Positions 59,213 through 64,000 of a stretch of DNA of 64,000 nt are shown here, in pieces. Every line of letters begins with the position of its first letter. Within the stretch, counting starts at the first letter, position 1. A model generated the notes under the pieces. That model saw only the letters and a program-made list of their open reading frames with translations. It had not been told where the DNA came from and searched no databases. A program made the translations under genes and the position numbers. Source of the stretch: Squalus acanthias (lineage: Eukaryota); assembly GCA_030390025.1 (NCBI GenBank), contig CM059433.1, forward strand, positions 23,748,001-23,812,000, given 5' to 3'.

Positions 59213-61668
59213 TTTATTCTCCAGACTTATGGCCACAAATTTAAATTTATATACATAAAAAGTTAACTTCGACATAATTTCTAGGATGTTTATCCTGCTC
59301 TAAAGTCAAAAAAGGGATTTATTCTCTGTTCTTATGGCCAATGGCAATATGTGGTAACAACTAATCAGCAAAATTATACCATTCCACTAATATTTTCAAA
59401 CATGAAAATTCAAAAAGGTGAAAAGTTCATGCAGATAGATAACTTGAAGGTCACAATTTTACTATAGTGTTATTGACCACAAAACCAAGTGAAAGGGTCA
59501 TACAAAAGTTTGAAAAGATACAGGTGTTACTTAGAATAGTATCTAGTGTAATCTGTAACCTTTATGATTGGATGTAGGCAGCTTACCTGACATACCTACA
59601 TACAAACTCAAAAACTAACAAGCAGTTGGAGAATATAAAGACAAAATTAAACAAAGTATGTGGTATTCAATGTTTCACATTGATTCACTGCCAATTCTTA
59701 GACGTTTAGGTCTCCGAGAAGAAAACTGGAGACTAGCAATTAAAACTAATAATTTTAATGTTAATACAACTAGGATACCTAGGTTGATCCAAGGAACAGT
59801 TTTGTTACAACAGTAATTCTTCCAAATTAATGGCACTGTATAATTATAGAAAATTTGACTCAGTAATTTTTAGCCACATTAAAACTCTAAAATGGAGAAT
59901 ATTGAGCACAAATGATACTCATTTAACAAAAATGCAATTTCCTGCATTGCTATAATGCATTTTGATTTGACTACTATAGCGCAACTCATCACATGCTATA
60001 GGTTAAAATGGCTGATGCAACAGTCAGAAGCATCATTTTTTTTTTCCAAAATAGTGGAAAGGTTTCCAAGAAATGACAGCAAAGTAAATGGGCACTCCCC
60101 CACACACACACGTACACAACTGGAATTCATGAACAAAGTTTATATAATGGAAGAGCTCAGGAAAAATGTGGTCTCCAAACTCTCCACAAAAGAAATGCAG
60201 TGACGACCATTCAATCATGCTTTATTTGAACACTGGAACTGATGTTACACTGCAGACCAGAAGACCCAGGCTCTAGCGCCAGCGGTGACTGTCCTTTGCA
60301 ATTTGAACTTTACCCAAATCCATGGAAAGGCCATTTGGTTCAGCATTAAACAGACATGAGATGCAAGTGATTTGAGTGGAGAAGGGAAAGTAAAGAATTT
60401 GTGACTAGCCACAACACAGCATTGAAGATGGTCAGAGCAATACCCTCAATCTGGGAGGCTCTAAAGAAGAAAATGGGAATAAAATATATTGGAGAATTTT
60501 TAAAATGCAACTAAAATCTTGAGTGCACTTGTGAGCCTGTCTTGCCAGGTAAATACAAGTAAAGTAGAATACTGATGCACTTTATATTTGGCTCGGCCCA
60601 TTAGTTGCACAGCCTACAAAAAAAAATAGTCCAAGACATGTGTACATCCATTATTGCTCAACACAAAAATGACTTAGAACATCATAAACTAATACTTCTC
60701 AAAGTAATTCTCTACAATGTATTTTCAATGCCAGCTGAAAATTATTTGGGGGCAGGGGGGGGAAAGAGAGAAGAGGGAGGAACAGAGATGGACAGTGGTA
60801 CAGGACACTGTAGCGCCAATGTGCTTGTGCCATCTAGTGGCAGGATACAGGTTTGTGGTCAGAATTTTCCATGCGGTAGATTCATTGTATCTCTTGTACC
60901 ACTAGAGAAAGGCACTTCTCCACTGGGTACAAAGGAAGGAAACTCAGCAGGCCACTGGGCCATTTCTTGTTAGCCAGTTACAGAGTAGCATCGAGAGGCC
61001 TGGGAGCAGGTCTACAGTCTATTCCCAAGAAAGGGAATGATGTGCAAAAGACAAAGAAAGTGAGTAAAATATTATTCACTCATTTTTTTTTTTTATAAAT
61101 GGAGACGACTCAATGTGTTTGCTACAACATGAGGATTCTTCACACTTTGTAATAAATTCTCCCCAAAAAACCTTAGAAAAATAAATGCCTTCCTGCTCAA
61201 TTGCCACAGGCAAATTTCAATGACTCACACTTAGTGCGCCTGCATGTCAGAGTATATCCTTTAAATGCTAGTTTTCATATGCAAAAAGATCTGCATGTGT
61301 CTACTGTCACCCTGTCCTTTAACAAAATACTTAATACATTACACTTTAAAAAAAAAACCCTGATACTTGTTATATACATTACACAATATATACAGAAGTA
61401 GAAAAGTGTAAAAAGCATTAAATTACTATTAACCAGCAAATTTTCAGAAAAGCTCTTGCAAAAATATCTTTCTTCAGAAGTGTGGACAAACACCAACTGT
61501 TAATGGAAACAAACCTAACCAGCCCCAACAGCAATTGTTCGGGTGTTTTAAAGATGAAACTATTTATTTCAATGTGGCAATTTTTCAATCAGAAAAATTG
61601 ATATTCAGAAGGTGTTATGAAGAAACCAATACCACTGAGTAGTAGCTGAATGTTATTTACATCCATTT
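59213..61668 (-). other. Probable 3' UTR of the MAK/CILK1-family gene
   Basis: AT-rich stretch after the stop codon with no recognisable TE. Minus-strand AATAAA at 61563, 60221, 59318 and 59213. The true end is uncertain. Confidence 0.55.
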
Positions 61669-61823
61669 TTATCTGTGTCCTCCATATTTGGAAGACCAGT
61701 CAATTCGCCCATGTATTGGATGGATTGGAGGGGGACGTGGCATTAACCCACTGATGCTCTTGCTTGAAGAATTGTATGGTTGACATCCCAATTGTGATCG
61801 GTTGGATTTCCAAGATGAATAAT
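61669..61823 (-). CDS. cilk1: Terminal coding exon of a MAK/CILK1(ICK)-family Ser/Thr kinase, more likely CILK1
   Basis: Acceptor TTCACCTTTTTCTACAG, then (N)YSSWKSNRSQLGCQPYNSSSKSISGLMPRPPPIHPIHGRIDWSSKYGGHR*. This matches the recalled C-termini of CILK1 (GLIPRPP..PVHGRTDWASKY) and MAK (HGRTDWVAKYGGHR). Confidence 0.85.
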
Positions 61824-62139
61824 CTGTAGAAAAAGGTGAATGTGTAAATTGCTGTTCTGTTACTTTGAAGCTTTTCTGTTAATATTCTTCTTGCAAAGGA
61901 TATCCCTTATAATAGTTTCCTTGTATGATAGATACCTTTTAACTCATTCATCAGCCTCTGATGTGATGCTACACTAAAACTACAATTAAGCTTGCAGTAT
62001 TTCCCACACTAAAGTAAATTTACCTAAATACAAAAACTGTAGTTCATTGGCAGTAGCAGAATTATCTCGATGAATATACAAATAAAAATAAAACTTTACA
62101 TTAGTCAGAACTTAATGTTGCATTGCTATTTGCTTTAAA

Positions 62140-62450
62140 GGTAGCAAGTAATAGAGCCATACATGTCACCAAGATCCTCGGTTCAATCCCTGATCGATGC
62201 TGAGTCAGTTGATCTCAGTCAAAGTGGAGGCAGGTTCCCCTGGGTTAGGGAAGCAATGGAAAAAAGGGGAGCATCCCTGCTCCTACTCGCTATCCAGTGA
62301 CTCCAGCTGAAAACGTGTGGACATCAGGCAAGGACCGGAGCAAGCTTGGCCTTGATGCCTTAGAGTCAAATAGCTTACTGACACTGTCTAGGCTGACACA
62401 TGAAGAACAGTCACTTGGGGGAAGTATTGAAGCACCTGCGAGACCATATC
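62140..62450 (+). mobile_element. Degraded tRNA-type SINE in the last intron
   Basis: B-box-like GGTTCAATCCC, followed by GCTGAGTCAGTTGATCTCAG...CGCTATCCAGTGAC. Recalled as a common shark SINE-like repeat. Confidence 0.5.
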
Positions 62451-62563
62451 CCCAAGAGGGGAGGGAAGAGAGAAAGTGCACAGAAAAAGTTGCGCAAAGA
62501 ATATTCTAGGAAGATTAACTGAAAGGTGCATGTAGTGCAATTGAACAGGTCTTCTCTACTTAC

Positions 62564-62677
62564 TAGAATCAGTTTTGACAACTGGTGCTAATTGCATTCT
62601 TTGGCCAGCAGATCCAACTTCTTTCTTAAGAAATGACGCTGTGTATCCTCCAGAGGCATCAGTGCTGGTTGCATAAC
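62564..62677 (-). CDS. cilk1: Penultimate coding exon of the same kinase
   Basis: TTTTTTTTCAG|(G)YATSTDASGGYTASFLKKEVGSAGQRMQLAPVVKTDS(N)|GTAAGT. It is 114 bp, phase 1-1, and splices in frame to the last exon. SFLKKE.GSA.QR..LAP is shared by MAK and CILK1. Confidence 0.88.
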
Positions 62678-62904
62678 CTGAAAAAAAAGTCAAAGTATAT
62701 GTGGTAGCTCCTCACGATAGAAAAAAAAATTACATTTTTACTTAAGCAAGAACGAAGAGCCTAATTTTTCACCATAATAGTTACAGGATTTTTTTCTTAA
62801 CTTGTACTTTTCAGTGAATTTTGTGTGCATTAAAGTGAAGGACGTTGGTTTGGGATCAGTGTTGGAATCAAGGACCCGAGATAAAGTCTACTCCTCTTAA
62901 TTCA

Positions 62905-63757
62905 TATAATAATAGAAACTTAAAGCACAGAAGGAAGCAATTTGTTCCGTGCTGGCTCCTTGAAAGAGCAGTCGTGCTTAGTACCACATCCCCGCAAATT
63001 CCTCACCCTTGGAGTACCTGTCCAACTCAAAATTATTTATGGAATCTGCTTCCACCGCCTTCTCAGGTAAAGCGTTCCAGATCCTGACAACTCAGTGAAA
63101 AACACAACTCCCCTCTCGATCTTTTGCCAATGATTTTGAATCTATGACCTCTGGTTATTGACCCACTCGCCAGAGGGAATAGTTTTTCTCTATCTACTCT
63201 ATCAAAACCTCTCATCATCTTGAAAATCTCTATTAGGTCACTTCTTAACCTTCTCTGTTCCAAAGAGAAGAGTCCTAACTTTTCTAAACTCTCATCATAA
63301 TTGAAGTCCCTCATCCCTGGTAACATCCTGGTAAACCTCCTCTGTACCCTTTCTAAGGCCTTTACATCTTTCCTAAAGTGTGGTGCCCAGAATTGTCCAC
63401 AATACTCCAGCTGAGGCCTAACCAGTGATTTATAAAGTTCTAGCATGATCTCTCTGCTTTTATGTTCTATGGCTCTATTTATAAACCCAAGTAACCCATA
63501 TTTTTTTTTAAACCACCTTATCAACTTGCCCTGCCACCTATAAGGATTTGTGCAAATGGATCCCAAGGTCGCTTTGCTCACCTACCCTTATCAAAATCAT
63601 GCCATTTATAGTATAGCGTCTTCCCATATTGGTCCTCTCAAAGTGCATCACTTTACATTTCTCTGGATTGAACTCCATCTGCCATACTCCTGCTCATTTC
63701 ACCATCCTGTCAGTCATCCTGAAGTCTACAACTATCCTCATCACTATCTACTACATT
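62905..63757 (-). mobile_element. CR1 LINE 3' portion (intronic)
   Basis: [38 protein letters not shown]. Confidence 0.93.
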
Positions 63758-63850
63758 ACATAAGAACATAAGAAATAGGAGCAGGAGTAGGCCAATTGGC
63801 CCCTCGAGCCTGCTCCGCCATTCAATAAGATCATGGCTGATCTGATCCTA
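63758..63850 (-). mobile_element. Short CR1 3' terminus
   Basis: ACATAAGAACATAAGAAATAGGAGCAGGAGTAGGCC..., near-identical to 2830-2915. Confidence 0.85.
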
Positions 63851-64000
63851 ACCGCCAATCTACTATCACAGAACCATCTCCTGAACCTAACAGAATAGGA
63901 CACACGAAATAGGAGCAGGATCAGGTACACGGCCCCTGGGCCCGCTACGCTACCCACAGGACCATGACGATCGAACCTAGATCATGTCCAAATTCCTGCC

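Noticed and set aside
62590..62610. Apparent frameshift in the penultimate kinase exon
   Set aside because: Re-reading gives GGC CAA AGA ATG in frame. The exon is intact.

Overview
Repeat-rich eukaryotic (vertebrate) DNA. The mix of CR1, L2 and RTE LINEs, Deu-domain tRNA SINEs, Penelope-like remnants and many PIF/Harbinger elements points to a cartilaginous fish (inferred, not proven). The only confidently identified host gene is the last two coding exons and 3' UTR of a MAK/CILK1(ICK)-family kinase on the minus strand (61669-62677), which the ORF track misses. A 12.4-kb array of a 24-bp quasi-palindromic satellite occupies 7579-19984 and produces all the very long 'ORFs'. The most notable structures are: (i) an RTE LINE whose probable 5' UTR is inverted relative to its body, with both parts inside one 13-bp target-site duplication (a twin-priming-like insertion); (ii) two intact spliced exons of a Harbinger Myb/SANT gene at the window start, plus several internally deleted Harbinger elements; (iii) minimal hammerhead-ribozyme motifs in Penelope-like remnants; (iv) an L2 element that keeps both ends and is nested in a CR1; (v) a CpG-rich, promoter-like segment at about 43750-44060 that may start an unannotated minus-strand spliced transcript. 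I see no prokaryotic operons, CRISPR arrays, rRNA or tRNA genes. All family calls come from recalled motifs, not database searches.
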